From Squalus acanthias (Eukaryota), in the NCBI GenBank assembly GCA_030390025.1, contig JASTWF010000353.1, forward strand, positions 186,001 to 250,000: a stretch of 64,000 nucleotides of DNA, written 5' to 3'. Shown here one piece after another: positions 45,001-59,726 of this stretch. Made by a program: the position numbers and the translations under genes. The first letter of the stretch is position 1. Every line of letters starts with the position of its first letter. The notes under the pieces were generated by a model. It saw nothing but the letters and a program-made list of their open reading frames with translations. It was not told where the DNA came from and searched no databases.

Positions 45001-48000
45001 GAGATACTGGGACAGACTGTGAGATACTGGGACAGACTGTGAGATACTGGGACAGACTGTGAGATACTGGGACAGACTGTGAGATACTGGGACAGACTGT
45101 GAGATACTGGGACAGACTGTGAGATACTGGGACAGACTGTGAGATACTGGGACAGACTGTGAGATACTGGGACAGACTGTGAGATACTGGGACAGACTGT
45201 GAGATACTGGGACAGACTGTGAGATACTGGGACAGACTGTGAGATACTGGGACAGACTGTGAGATACTGGGACAGACTGTGAGATACTGGGACAGACTGT
45301 GAGATACTGGGACAGACTGTGAGATACTGGGACAGACTGTGAGATACTGGGACAGACTGTGAGATACTGGGACAGACTGTGAGATACTGGGACAGACTGT
45401 GAGATACTGGGACAGACTGTGAGATACTGGGACAGACTGTGAGATACTGGGACAGACTGTGAGATACTGGGACAGACTGTGAGATACTGGGACAGACTGT
45501 GAGATACTGGGACAGACTGTGAGATACTGGGACAGACTGTGAGATACTGGGACAGACTGTGAGATACTGGGACAGACTGTGAGATACTGGGACAGACTGT
45601 GAGATACTGGGACAGACTGTGAGATACTGGGACAGACTGTGAGATACTGGGACAGACTGTGAGATACTGGGACAGACTGTGAGATACTGGGACAGACTGT
45701 GAGATACTGGGACAGACTGTGAGATACTGGGACAGACTGTGAGATACTGGGACAGACTGTGAGATACTGGGACAGACTGTGAGATACTGGGACAGACTGT
45801 GAGATACTGGGACAGACTGTGAGATACTGGGACAGACTGTGAGATACTGGGACAGACTGTGAGATACTGGGACAGACTGTGAGATACTGGGACAGACTGT
45901 GAGATACTGGGACAGACTGTGAGATACTGGGACAGACTGTGAGATACTGGGACAGACTGTGAGATACTGGGACAGACTGTGAGATACTGGGACAGACTGT
46001 GAGATACTGGGACAGACTGTGAGATACTGGGACAGACTGTGAGATACTGGGACAGACTGTGAGATACTGGGACAGACTGTGAGATACTGGGACAGACTGT
46101 GAGATACTGGGACAGACTGTGAGATACTGGGACAGACTGTGAGATACTGGGACAGACTGTGAGATACTGGGACAGACTGTGAGATACTGGGACAGACTGT
46201 GAGATACTGGGACAGACTGTGAGATACTGGGACAGACTGTGAGATACTGGGACAGACTGTGAGATACTGGGACAGACTGTGAGATACTGGGACAGACTGT
46301 GAGATACTGGGACAGACTGTGAGATACTGGGACAGACTGTGAGATACTGGGACAGACTGTGAGATACTGGGACAGACTGTGAGATACTGGGACAGACTGT
46401 GAGATACTGGGACAGACTGTGAGATACTGGGACAGACTGTGAGATACTGGGACAGACTGTGAGATACTGGGACAGACTGTGAGATACTGGGACAGACTGT
46501 GAGATACTGGGACAGACTGTGAGATACTGGGACAGACTGTGAGATACTGGGACAGACTGTGAGATACTGGGACAGACTGTGAGATACTGGGACAGACTGT
46601 GAGATACTGGGACAGACTGTGAGATACTGGGACAGACTGTGAGATACTGGGACAGACTGTGAGATACTGGGACAGACTGTGAGATACTGGGACAGACTGT
46701 GAGATACTGGGACAGACTGTGAGATACTGGGACAGACTGTGAGATACTGGGACAGACTGTGAGATACTGGGACAGACTGTGAGATACTGGGACAGACTGT
46801 GAGATACTGGGACAGACTGTGAGATACTGGGACAGACTGTGAGATACTGGGACAGACTGTGAGATACTGGGACAGACTGTGAGATACTGGGACAGACTGT
46901 GAGATACTGGGACAGACTGTGAGATACTGGGACAGACTGTGAGATACTGGGACAGACTGTGAGATACTGGGACAGACTGTGAGATACTGGGACAGACTGT
47001 GAGATACTGGGACAGACTGTGAGATACTGGGACAGACTGTGAGATACTGGGACAGACTGTGAGATACTGGGACAGACTGTGAGATACTGGGACAGACTGT
47101 GAGATACTGGGACAGACTGTGAGATACTGGGACAGACTGTGAGATACTGGGACAGACTGTGAGATACTGGGACAGACTGTGAGATACTGGGACAGACTGT
47201 GAGATACTGGGACAGACTGTGAGATACTGGGACAGACTGTGAGATACTGGGACAGACTGTGAGATACTGGGACAGACTGTGAGATACTGGGACAGACTGT
47301 GAGATACTGGGACAGACTGTGAGATACTGGGACAGACTGTGAGATACTGGGACAGACTGTGAGATACTGGGACAGACTGTGAGATACTGGGACAGACTGT
47401 GAGATACTGGGACAGACTGTGAGATACTGGGACAGACTGTGAGATACTGGGACAGACTGTGAGATACTGGGACAGACTGTGAGATACTGGGACAGACTGT
47501 GAGATACTGGGACAGACTGTGAGATACTGGGACAGACTGTGAGATACTGGGACAGACTGTGAGATACTGGGACAGACTGTGAGATACTGGGACAGACTGT
47601 GAGATACTGGGACAGACTGTGAGATACTGGGACAGACTGTGAGATACTGGGACAGACTGTGAGATACTGGGACAGACTGTGAGATACTGGGACAGACTGT
47701 GAGATACTGGGACAGACTGTGAGATACTGGGACAGACTGTGAGATACTGGGACAGACTGTGAGATACTGGGACAGACTGTGAGATACTGGGACAGACTGT
47801 GAGATACTGGGACAGACTGTGAGATACTGGGACAGACTGTGAGATACTGGGACAGACTGTGAGATACTGGGACAGACTGTGAGATACTGGGACAGACTGT
47901 GAGATACTGGGACAGACTGTGAGATACTGGGACAGACTGTGAGATACTGGGACAGACTGTGAGATACTGGGACAGACTGTGAGATACTGGGACAGACTGT

Positions 48001-48789
48001 GAGATACTGGGACAGACTGTGAGATACTGGGACAGACTGTGAGATACTGGGACAGACTGTGAGATACTGGGACAGACTGTGAGATACTGGGACAGACTGT
48101 GAGATACTGGGACAGACTGTGAGATACTGGGACAGACTGTGAGATACTGGGACAGACTGTGAGATACTGGGACAGACTGTGAGATACTGGGACAGACTGT
48201 GAGATACTGGGACAGACTGTGAGATACTGGGACAGACTGTGAGATACTGGGACAGACTGTGAGATACTGGGACAGACTGTGAGATACTGGGACAGACTGT
48301 GAGATACTGGGACAGACTGTGAGATACTGGGACAGACTGTGAGATACTGGGACAGACTGTGAGATACTGGGACAGACTGTGAGATACTGGGACAGACTGT
48401 GAGATACTGGGACAGACTGTGAGATACTGGGACAGACTGTGAGATACTGGGACAGACTGTGAGATACTGGGACAGACTGTGAGATACTGGGACAGACTGT
48501 GAGATACTGGGACAGACTGTGAGATACTGGGACAGACTGTGAGATACTGGGACAGACTGTGAGATACTGGGACAGACTGTGAGATACTGGGACAGACTGT
48601 GAGATACTGGGACAGACTGTGAGATACTGGGACAGACTGTGAGATACTGGGACAGACTGTGAGATACTGGGACAGACTGTGAGATACTGGGACAGACTGT
48701 GAGATACTGGGACAGACTGTGAGATACTGGGACAGACTGTGAGATACTGGGACAGACTGTGAGATACTGGGACAGACTGTGAGATACTG
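1..48789. repeat. Invariant sub-array A: 2,439 full consensus units plus 9 nt
   Basis: Line phase is unchanged from position 1 to 48780, so there is no net indel. The first deviation I can see is G>T at 48790. Confidence 0.93.
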
Positions 48790-49135
48790 TGACGACAGTG
48801 AGGTACTGGGAAAGACTTGTGAGATACTAGGGACAGAATGTGAGATACTGGGGCAGATGTGAGAATACTGGAAGACAGTGAGAGTACTGGGACAGACTGT
48901 GAGGATACTGGGACAGGAATGTGAGAACTGGGACAGACTGTGAGATACTGGGACAGAAATGTGAGATCCTGGGACAGACAGTGAGATACTGGGACAGACT
49001 GTGAGTACGGGACAGACTGTGAGATTACTGGACAGACAGTGAGGATACTGGGACAGGACTGTGAGATTACTGGGGACAGACGGTGAGCATATGGGACAGA
49101 CTGTGAGAATACTTGGAGCAGCCTGTGAGACTACA
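48790..49135. repeat. Degenerate patch of about 18 units with dense 1-nt insertions, deletions and substitutions
   Basis: Examples are gacgacagtg, aaagacttgt, gagaatactg, gaggatactg, gagattactg and acttggagcagcctgt. Unit start moves from 48781 to 49148, which is 367 nt = 18 units + 7 nt (net +7 phase shift). Confidence 0.95.
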
Positions 49136-52100
49136 GGGACAGACTGTGAGATACTGGGACAGACTGTGAGATACTGGGACAGACTGTGAGATACTGGGAC
49201 AGACTGTGAGATACTGGGACAGACTGTGAGATACTGGGACAGACTGTGAGATACTGGGACAGACTGTGAGATACTGGGACAGACTGTGAGATACTGGGAC
49301 AGACTGTGAGATACTGGGACAGACTGTGAGATACTGGGACAGACTGTGAGATACTGGGACAGACTGTGAGATACTGGGACAGACTGTGAGATACTGGGAC
49401 AGACTGTGAGATACTGGGACAGACTGTGAGATACTGGGACAGACTGTGAGATACTGGGACAGACTGTGAGATACTGGGACAGACTGTGAGATACTGGGAC
49501 AGACTGTGAGATACTGGGACAGACTGTGAGATACTGGGACAGACTGTGAGATACTGGGACAGACTGTGAGATACTGGGACAGACTGTGAGATACTGGGAC
49601 AGACTGTGAGATACTGGGACAGACTGTGAGATACTGGGACAGACTGTGAGATACTGGGACAGACTGTGAGATACTGGGACAGACTGTGAGATACTGGGAC
49701 AGACTGTGAGATACTGGGACAGACTGTGAGATACTGGGACAGACTGTGAGATACTGGGACAGACTGTGAGATACTGGGACAGACTGTGAGATACTGGGAC
49801 AGACTGTGAGATACTGGGACAGACTGTGAGATACTGGGACAGACTGTGAGATACTGGGACAGACTGTGAGATACTGGGACAGACTGTGAGATACTGGGAC
49901 AGACTGTGAGATACTGGGACAGACTGTGAGATACTGGGACAGACTGTGAGATACTGGGACAGACTGTGAGATACTGGGACAGACTGTGAGATACTGGGAC
50001 AGACTGTGAGATACTGGGACAGACTGTGAGATACTGGGACAGACTGTGAGATACTGGGACAGACTGTGAGATACTGGGACAGACTGTGAGATACTGGGAC
50101 AGACTGTGAGATACTGGGACAGACTGTGAGATACTGGGACAGACTGTGAGATACTGGGACAGACTGTGAGATACTGGGACAGACTGTGAGATACTGGGAC
50201 AGACTGTGAGATACTGGGACAGACTGTGAGATACTGGGACAGACTGTGAGATACTGGGACAGACTGTGAGATACTGGGACAGACTGTGAGATACTGGGAC
50301 AGACTGTGAGATACTGGGACAGACTGTGAGATACTGGGACAGACTGTGAGATACTGGGACAGACTGTGAGATACTGGGACAGACTGTGAGATACTGGGAC
50401 AGACTGTGAGATACTGGGACAGACTGTGAGATACTGGGACAGACTGTGAGATACTGGGACAGACTGTGAGATACTGGGACAGACTGTGAGATACTGGGAC
50501 AGACTGTGAGATACTGGGACAGACTGTGAGATACTGGGACAGACTGTGAGATACTGGGACAGACTGTGAGATACTGGGACAGACTGTGAGATACTGGGAC
50601 AGACTGTGAGATACTGGGACAGACTGTGAGATACTGGGACAGACTGTGAGATACTGGGACAGACTGTGAGATACTGGGACAGACTGTGAGATACTGGGAC
50701 AGACTGTGAGATACTGGGACAGACTGTGAGATACTGGGACAGACTGTGAGATACTGGGACAGACTGTGAGATACTGGGACAGACTGTGAGATACTGGGAC
50801 AGACTGTGAGATACTGGGACAGACTGTGAGATACTGGGACAGACTGTGAGATACTGGGACAGACTGTGAGATACTGGGACAGACTGTGAGATACTGGGAC
50901 AGACTGTGAGATACTGGGACAGACTGTGAGATACTGGGACAGACTGTGAGATACTGGGACAGACTGTGAGATACTGGGACAGACTGTGAGATACTGGGAC
51001 AGACTGTGAGATACTGGGACAGACTGTGAGATACTGGGACAGACTGTGAGATACTGGGACAGACTGTGAGATACTGGGACAGACTGTGAGATACTGGGAC
51101 AGACTGTGAGATACTGGGACAGACTGTGAGATACTGGGACAGACTGTGAGATACTGGGACAGACTGTGAGATACTGGGACAGACTGTGAGATACTGGGAC
51201 AGACTGTGAGATACTGGGACAGACTGTGAGATACTGGGACAGACTGTGAGATACTGGGACAGACTGTGAGATACTGGGACAGACTGTGAGATACTGGGAC
51301 AGACTGTGAGATACTGGGACAGACTGTGAGATACTGGGACAGACTGTGAGATACTGGGACAGACTGTGAGATACTGGGACAGACTGTGAGATACTGGGAC
51401 AGACTGTGAGATACTGGGACAGACTGTGAGATACTGGGACAGACTGTGAGATACTGGGACAGACTGTGAGATACTGGGACAGACTGTGAGATACTGGGAC
51501 AGACTGTGAGATACTGGGACAGACTGTGAGATACTGGGACAGACTGTGAGATACTGGGACAGACTGTGAGATACTGGGACAGACTGTGAGATACTGGGAC
51601 AGACTGTGAGATACTGGGACAGACTGTGAGATACTGGGACAGACTGTGAGATACTGGGACAGACTGTGAGATACTGGGACAGACTGTGAGATACTGGGAC
51701 AGACTGTGAGATACTGGGACAGACTGTGAGATACTGGGACAGACTGTGAGATACTGGGACAGACTGTGAGATACTGGGACAGACTGTGAGATACTGGGAC
51801 AGACTGTGAGATACTGGGACAGACTGTGAGATACTGGGACAGACTGTGAGATACTGGGACAGACTGTGAGATACTGGGACAGACTGTGAGATACTGGGAC
51901 AGACTGTGAGATACTGGGACAGACTGTGAGATACTGGGACAGACTGTGAGATACTGGGACAGACTGTGAGATACTGGGACAGACTGTGAGATACTGGGAC
52001 AGACTGTGAGATACTGGGACAGACTGTGAGATACTGGGACAGACTGTGAGATACTGGGACAGACTGTGAGATACTGGGACAGACTGTGAGATACTGGGAC

Positions 52101-55100
52101 AGACTGTGAGATACTGGGACAGACTGTGAGATACTGGGACAGACTGTGAGATACTGGGACAGACTGTGAGATACTGGGACAGACTGTGAGATACTGGGAC
52201 AGACTGTGAGATACTGGGACAGACTGTGAGATACTGGGACAGACTGTGAGATACTGGGACAGACTGTGAGATACTGGGACAGACTGTGAGATACTGGGAC
52301 AGACTGTGAGATACTGGGACAGACTGTGAGATACTGGGACAGACTGTGAGATACTGGGACAGACTGTGAGATACTGGGACAGACTGTGAGATACTGGGAC
52401 AGACTGTGAGATACTGGGACAGACTGTGAGATACTGGGACAGACTGTGAGATACTGGGACAGACTGTGAGATACTGGGACAGACTGTGAGATACTGGGAC
52501 AGACTGTGAGATACTGGGACAGACTGTGAGATACTGGGACAGACTGTGAGATACTGGGACAGACTGTGAGATACTGGGACAGACTGTGAGATACTGGGAC
52601 AGACTGTGAGATACTGGGACAGACTGTGAGATACTGGGACAGACTGTGAGATACTGGGACAGACTGTGAGATACTGGGACAGACTGTGAGATACTGGGAC
52701 AGACTGTGAGATACTGGGACAGACTGTGAGATACTGGGACAGACTGTGAGATACTGGGACAGACTGTGAGATACTGGGACAGACTGTGAGATACTGGGAC
52801 AGACTGTGAGATACTGGGACAGACTGTGAGATACTGGGACAGACTGTGAGATACTGGGACAGACTGTGAGATACTGGGACAGACTGTGAGATACTGGGAC
52901 AGACTGTGAGATACTGGGACAGACTGTGAGATACTGGGACAGACTGTGAGATACTGGGACAGACTGTGAGATACTGGGACAGACTGTGAGATACTGGGAC
53001 AGACTGTGAGATACTGGGACAGACTGTGAGATACTGGGACAGACTGTGAGATACTGGGACAGACTGTGAGATACTGGGACAGACTGTGAGATACTGGGAC
53101 AGACTGTGAGATACTGGGACAGACTGTGAGATACTGGGACAGACTGTGAGATACTGGGACAGACTGTGAGATACTGGGACAGACTGTGAGATACTGGGAC
53201 AGACTGTGAGATACTGGGACAGACTGTGAGATACTGGGACAGACTGTGAGATACTGGGACAGACTGTGAGATACTGGGACAGACTGTGAGATACTGGGAC
53301 AGACTGTGAGATACTGGGACAGACTGTGAGATACTGGGACAGACTGTGAGATACTGGGACAGACTGTGAGATACTGGGACAGACTGTGAGATACTGGGAC
53401 AGACTGTGAGATACTGGGACAGACTGTGAGATACTGGGACAGACTGTGAGATACTGGGACAGACTGTGAGATACTGGGACAGACTGTGAGATACTGGGAC
53501 AGACTGTGAGATACTGGGACAGACTGTGAGATACTGGGACAGACTGTGAGATACTGGGACAGACTGTGAGATACTGGGACAGACTGTGAGATACTGGGAC
53601 AGACTGTGAGATACTGGGACAGACTGTGAGATACTGGGACAGACTGTGAGATACTGGGACAGACTGTGAGATACTGGGACAGACTGTGAGATACTGGGAC
53701 AGACTGTGAGATACTGGGACAGACTGTGAGATACTGGGACAGACTGTGAGATACTGGGACAGACTGTGAGATACTGGGACAGACTGTGAGATACTGGGAC
53801 AGACTGTGAGATACTGGGACAGACTGTGAGATACTGGGACAGACTGTGAGATACTGGGACAGACTGTGAGATACTGGGACAGACTGTGAGATACTGGGAC
53901 AGACTGTGAGATACTGGGACAGACTGTGAGATACTGGGACAGACTGTGAGATACTGGGACAGACTGTGAGATACTGGGACAGACTGTGAGATACTGGGAC
54001 AGACTGTGAGATACTGGGACAGACTGTGAGATACTGGGACAGACTGTGAGATACTGGGACAGACTGTGAGATACTGGGACAGACTGTGAGATACTGGGAC
54101 AGACTGTGAGATACTGGGACAGACTGTGAGATACTGGGACAGACTGTGAGATACTGGGACAGACTGTGAGATACTGGGACAGACTGTGAGATACTGGGAC
54201 AGACTGTGAGATACTGGGACAGACTGTGAGATACTGGGACAGACTGTGAGATACTGGGACAGACTGTGAGATACTGGGACAGACTGTGAGATACTGGGAC
54301 AGACTGTGAGATACTGGGACAGACTGTGAGATACTGGGACAGACTGTGAGATACTGGGACAGACTGTGAGATACTGGGACAGACTGTGAGATACTGGGAC
54401 AGACTGTGAGATACTGGGACAGACTGTGAGATACTGGGACAGACTGTGAGATACTGGGACAGACTGTGAGATACTGGGACAGACTGTGAGATACTGGGAC
54501 AGACTGTGAGATACTGGGACAGACTGTGAGATACTGGGACAGACTGTGAGATACTGGGACAGACTGTGAGATACTGGGACAGACTGTGAGATACTGGGAC
54601 AGACTGTGAGATACTGGGACAGACTGTGAGATACTGGGACAGACTGTGAGATACTGGGACAGACTGTGAGATACTGGGACAGACTGTGAGATACTGGGAC
54701 AGACTGTGAGATACTGGGACAGACTGTGAGATACTGGGACAGACTGTGAGATACTGGGACAGACTGTGAGATACTGGGACAGACTGTGAGATACTGGGAC
54801 AGACTGTGAGATACTGGGACAGACTGTGAGATACTGGGACAGACTGTGAGATACTGGGACAGACTGTGAGATACTGGGACAGACTGTGAGATACTGGGAC
54901 AGACTGTGAGATACTGGGACAGACTGTGAGATACTGGGACAGACTGTGAGATACTGGGACAGACTGTGAGATACTGGGACAGACTGTGAGATACTGGGAC
55001 AGACTGTGAGATACTGGGACAGACTGTGAGATACTGGGACAGACTGTGAGATACTGGGACAGACTGTGAGATACTGGGACAGACTGTGAGATACTGGGAC

Positions 55101-58100
55101 AGACTGTGAGATACTGGGACAGACTGTGAGATACTGGGACAGACTGTGAGATACTGGGACAGACTGTGAGATACTGGGACAGACTGTGAGATACTGGGAC
55201 AGACTGTGAGATACTGGGACAGACTGTGAGATACTGGGACAGACTGTGAGATACTGGGACAGACTGTGAGATACTGGGACAGACTGTGAGATACTGGGAC
55301 AGACTGTGAGATACTGGGACAGACTGTGAGATACTGGGACAGACTGTGAGATACTGGGACAGACTGTGAGATACTGGGACAGACTGTGAGATACTGGGAC
55401 AGACTGTGAGATACTGGGACAGACTGTGAGATACTGGGACAGACTGTGAGATACTGGGACAGACTGTGAGATACTGGGACAGACTGTGAGATACTGGGAC
55501 AGACTGTGAGATACTGGGACAGACTGTGAGATACTGGGACAGACTGTGAGATACTGGGACAGACTGTGAGATACTGGGACAGACTGTGAGATACTGGGAC
55601 AGACTGTGAGATACTGGGACAGACTGTGAGATACTGGGACAGACTGTGAGATACTGGGACAGACTGTGAGATACTGGGACAGACTGTGAGATACTGGGAC
55701 AGACTGTGAGATACTGGGACAGACTGTGAGATACTGGGACAGACTGTGAGATACTGGGACAGACTGTGAGATACTGGGACAGACTGTGAGATACTGGGAC
55801 AGACTGTGAGATACTGGGACAGACTGTGAGATACTGGGACAGACTGTGAGATACTGGGACAGACTGTGAGATACTGGGACAGACTGTGAGATACTGGGAC
55901 AGACTGTGAGATACTGGGACAGACTGTGAGATACTGGGACAGACTGTGAGATACTGGGACAGACTGTGAGATACTGGGACAGACTGTGAGATACTGGGAC
56001 AGACTGTGAGATACTGGGACAGACTGTGAGATACTGGGACAGACTGTGAGATACTGGGACAGACTGTGAGATACTGGGACAGACTGTGAGATACTGGGAC
56101 AGACTGTGAGATACTGGGACAGACTGTGAGATACTGGGACAGACTGTGAGATACTGGGACAGACTGTGAGATACTGGGACAGACTGTGAGATACTGGGAC
56201 AGACTGTGAGATACTGGGACAGACTGTGAGATACTGGGACAGACTGTGAGATACTGGGACAGACTGTGAGATACTGGGACAGACTGTGAGATACTGGGAC
56301 AGACTGTGAGATACTGGGACAGACTGTGAGATACTGGGACAGACTGTGAGATACTGGGACAGACTGTGAGATACTGGGACAGACTGTGAGATACTGGGAC
56401 AGACTGTGAGATACTGGGACAGACTGTGAGATACTGGGACAGACTGTGAGATACTGGGACAGACTGTGAGATACTGGGACAGACTGTGAGATACTGGGAC
56501 AGACTGTGAGATACTGGGACAGACTGTGAGATACTGGGACAGACTGTGAGATACTGGGACAGACTGTGAGATACTGGGACAGACTGTGAGATACTGGGAC
56601 AGACTGTGAGATACTGGGACAGACTGTGAGATACTGGGACAGACTGTGAGATACTGGGACAGACTGTGAGATACTGGGACAGACTGTGAGATACTGGGAC
56701 AGACTGTGAGATACTGGGACAGACTGTGAGATACTGGGACAGACTGTGAGATACTGGGACAGACTGTGAGATACTGGGACAGACTGTGAGATACTGGGAC
56801 AGACTGTGAGATACTGGGACAGACTGTGAGATACTGGGACAGACTGTGAGATACTGGGACAGACTGTGAGATACTGGGACAGACTGTGAGATACTGGGAC
56901 AGACTGTGAGATACTGGGACAGACTGTGAGATACTGGGACAGACTGTGAGATACTGGGACAGACTGTGAGATACTGGGACAGACTGTGAGATACTGGGAC
57001 AGACTGTGAGATACTGGGACAGACTGTGAGATACTGGGACAGACTGTGAGATACTGGGACAGACTGTGAGATACTGGGACAGACTGTGAGATACTGGGAC
57101 AGACTGTGAGATACTGGGACAGACTGTGAGATACTGGGACAGACTGTGAGATACTGGGACAGACTGTGAGATACTGGGACAGACTGTGAGATACTGGGAC
57201 AGACTGTGAGATACTGGGACAGACTGTGAGATACTGGGACAGACTGTGAGATACTGGGACAGACTGTGAGATACTGGGACAGACTGTGAGATACTGGGAC
57301 AGACTGTGAGATACTGGGACAGACTGTGAGATACTGGGACAGACTGTGAGATACTGGGACAGACTGTGAGATACTGGGACAGACTGTGAGATACTGGGAC
57401 AGACTGTGAGATACTGGGACAGACTGTGAGATACTGGGACAGACTGTGAGATACTGGGACAGACTGTGAGATACTGGGACAGACTGTGAGATACTGGGAC
57501 AGACTGTGAGATACTGGGACAGACTGTGAGATACTGGGACAGACTGTGAGATACTGGGACAGACTGTGAGATACTGGGACAGACTGTGAGATACTGGGAC
57601 AGACTGTGAGATACTGGGACAGACTGTGAGATACTGGGACAGACTGTGAGATACTGGGACAGACTGTGAGATACTGGGACAGACTGTGAGATACTGGGAC
57701 AGACTGTGAGATACTGGGACAGACTGTGAGATACTGGGACAGACTGTGAGATACTGGGACAGACTGTGAGATACTGGGACAGACTGTGAGATACTGGGAC
57801 AGACTGTGAGATACTGGGACAGACTGTGAGATACTGGGACAGACTGTGAGATACTGGGACAGACTGTGAGATACTGGGACAGACTGTGAGATACTGGGAC
57901 AGACTGTGAGATACTGGGACAGACTGTGAGATACTGGGACAGACTGTGAGATACTGGGACAGACTGTGAGATACTGGGACAGACTGTGAGATACTGGGAC
58001 AGACTGTGAGATACTGGGACAGACTGTGAGATACTGGGACAGACTGTGAGATACTGGGACAGACTGTGAGATACTGGGACAGACTGTGAGATACTGGGAC

Positions 58101-59630
58101 AGACTGTGAGATACTGGGACAGACTGTGAGATACTGGGACAGACTGTGAGATACTGGGACAGACTGTGAGATACTGGGACAGACTGTGAGATACTGGGAC
58201 AGACTGTGAGATACTGGGACAGACTGTGAGATACTGGGACAGACTGTGAGATACTGGGACAGACTGTGAGATACTGGGACAGACTGTGAGATACTGGGAC
58301 AGACTGTGAGATACTGGGACAGACTGTGAGATACTGGGACAGACTGTGAGATACTGGGACAGACTGTGAGATACTGGGACAGACTGTGAGATACTGGGAC
58401 AGACTGTGAGATACTGGGACAGACTGTGAGATACTGGGACAGACTGTGAGATACTGGGACAGACTGTGAGATACTGGGACAGACTGTGAGATACTGGGAC
58501 AGACTGTGAGATACTGGGACAGACTGTGAGATACTGGGACAGACTGTGAGATACTGGGACAGACTGTGAGATACTGGGACAGACTGTGAGATACTGGGAC
58601 AGACTGTGAGATACTGGGACAGACTGTGAGATACTGGGACAGACTGTGAGATACTGGGACAGACTGTGAGATACTGGGACAGACTGTGAGATACTGGGAC
58701 AGACTGTGAGATACTGGGACAGACTGTGAGATACTGGGACAGACTGTGAGATACTGGGACAGACTGTGAGATACTGGGACAGACTGTGAGATACTGGGAC
58801 AGACTGTGAGATACTGGGACAGACTGTGAGATACTGGGACAGACTGTGAGATACTGGGACAGACTGTGAGATACTGGGACAGACTGTGAGATACTGGGAC
58901 AGACTGTGAGATACTGGGACAGACTGTGAGATACTGGGACAGACTGTGAGATACTGGGACAGACTGTGAGATACTGGGACAGACTGTGAGATACTGGGAC
59001 AGACTGTGAGATACTGGGACAGACTGTGAGATACTGGGACAGACTGTGAGATACTGGGACAGACTGTGAGATACTGGGACAGACTGTGAGATACTGGGAC
59101 AGACTGTGAGATACTGGGACAGACTGTGAGATACTGGGACAGACTGTGAGATACTGGGACAGACTGTGAGATACTGGGACAGACTGTGAGATACTGGGAC
59201 AGACTGTGAGATACTGGGACAGACTGTGAGATACTGGGACAGACTGTGAGATACTGGGACAGACTGTGAGATACTGGGACAGACTGTGAGATACTGGGAC
59301 AGACTGTGAGATACTGGGACAGACTGTGAGATACTGGGACAGACTGTGAGATACTGGGACAGACTGTGAGATACTGGGACAGACTGTGAGATACTGGGAC
59401 AGACTGTGAGATACTGGGACAGACTGTGAGATACTGGGACAGACTGTGAGATACTGGGACAGACTGTGAGATACTGGGACAGACTGTGAGATACTGGGAC
59501 AGACTGTGAGATACTGGGACAGACTGTGAGATACTGGGACAGACTGTGAGATACTGGGACAGACTGTGAGATACTGGGACAGACTGTGAGATACTGGGAC
59601 AGACTGTGAGATACTGGGACAGACTGTGAG
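49136..59630. repeat. Invariant sub-array B: about 524 consensus units
   Basis: Line phase is constant (agactgtgag atactgggac). Both supplied minus-strand translations are perfectly periodic across this interval. The first deviation is A>G at 59631. Confidence 0.95.
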
Positions 59631-59726
59631 GTACTGGGACAGACTGTGAGATACTGGGACAGACTGTGAGACACTGGGACAGACTGTGAGGTACTGGGAT
59701 AGACTTGAGGGACTGGGACAGACTGT
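59628..59726. repeat. Variant-unit cassette, copy 1 (5 units, 99 nt)
   Basis: A>G at 59631, T>C at 59672, A>G at 59691, C>T at 59700, a 1-nt deletion (gactgt>gactt), then gagggactggg. Confidence 0.85.

Noticed and set aside
49067..59674. 3,535-aa minus-strand ORF from the supplied track
   Set aside because: It overlaps the other ORF in a different frame yet gives the same peptide repeat. Its start is a GTG from the equivalent T>C variant at 59672. It results from the 20-nt periodicity.
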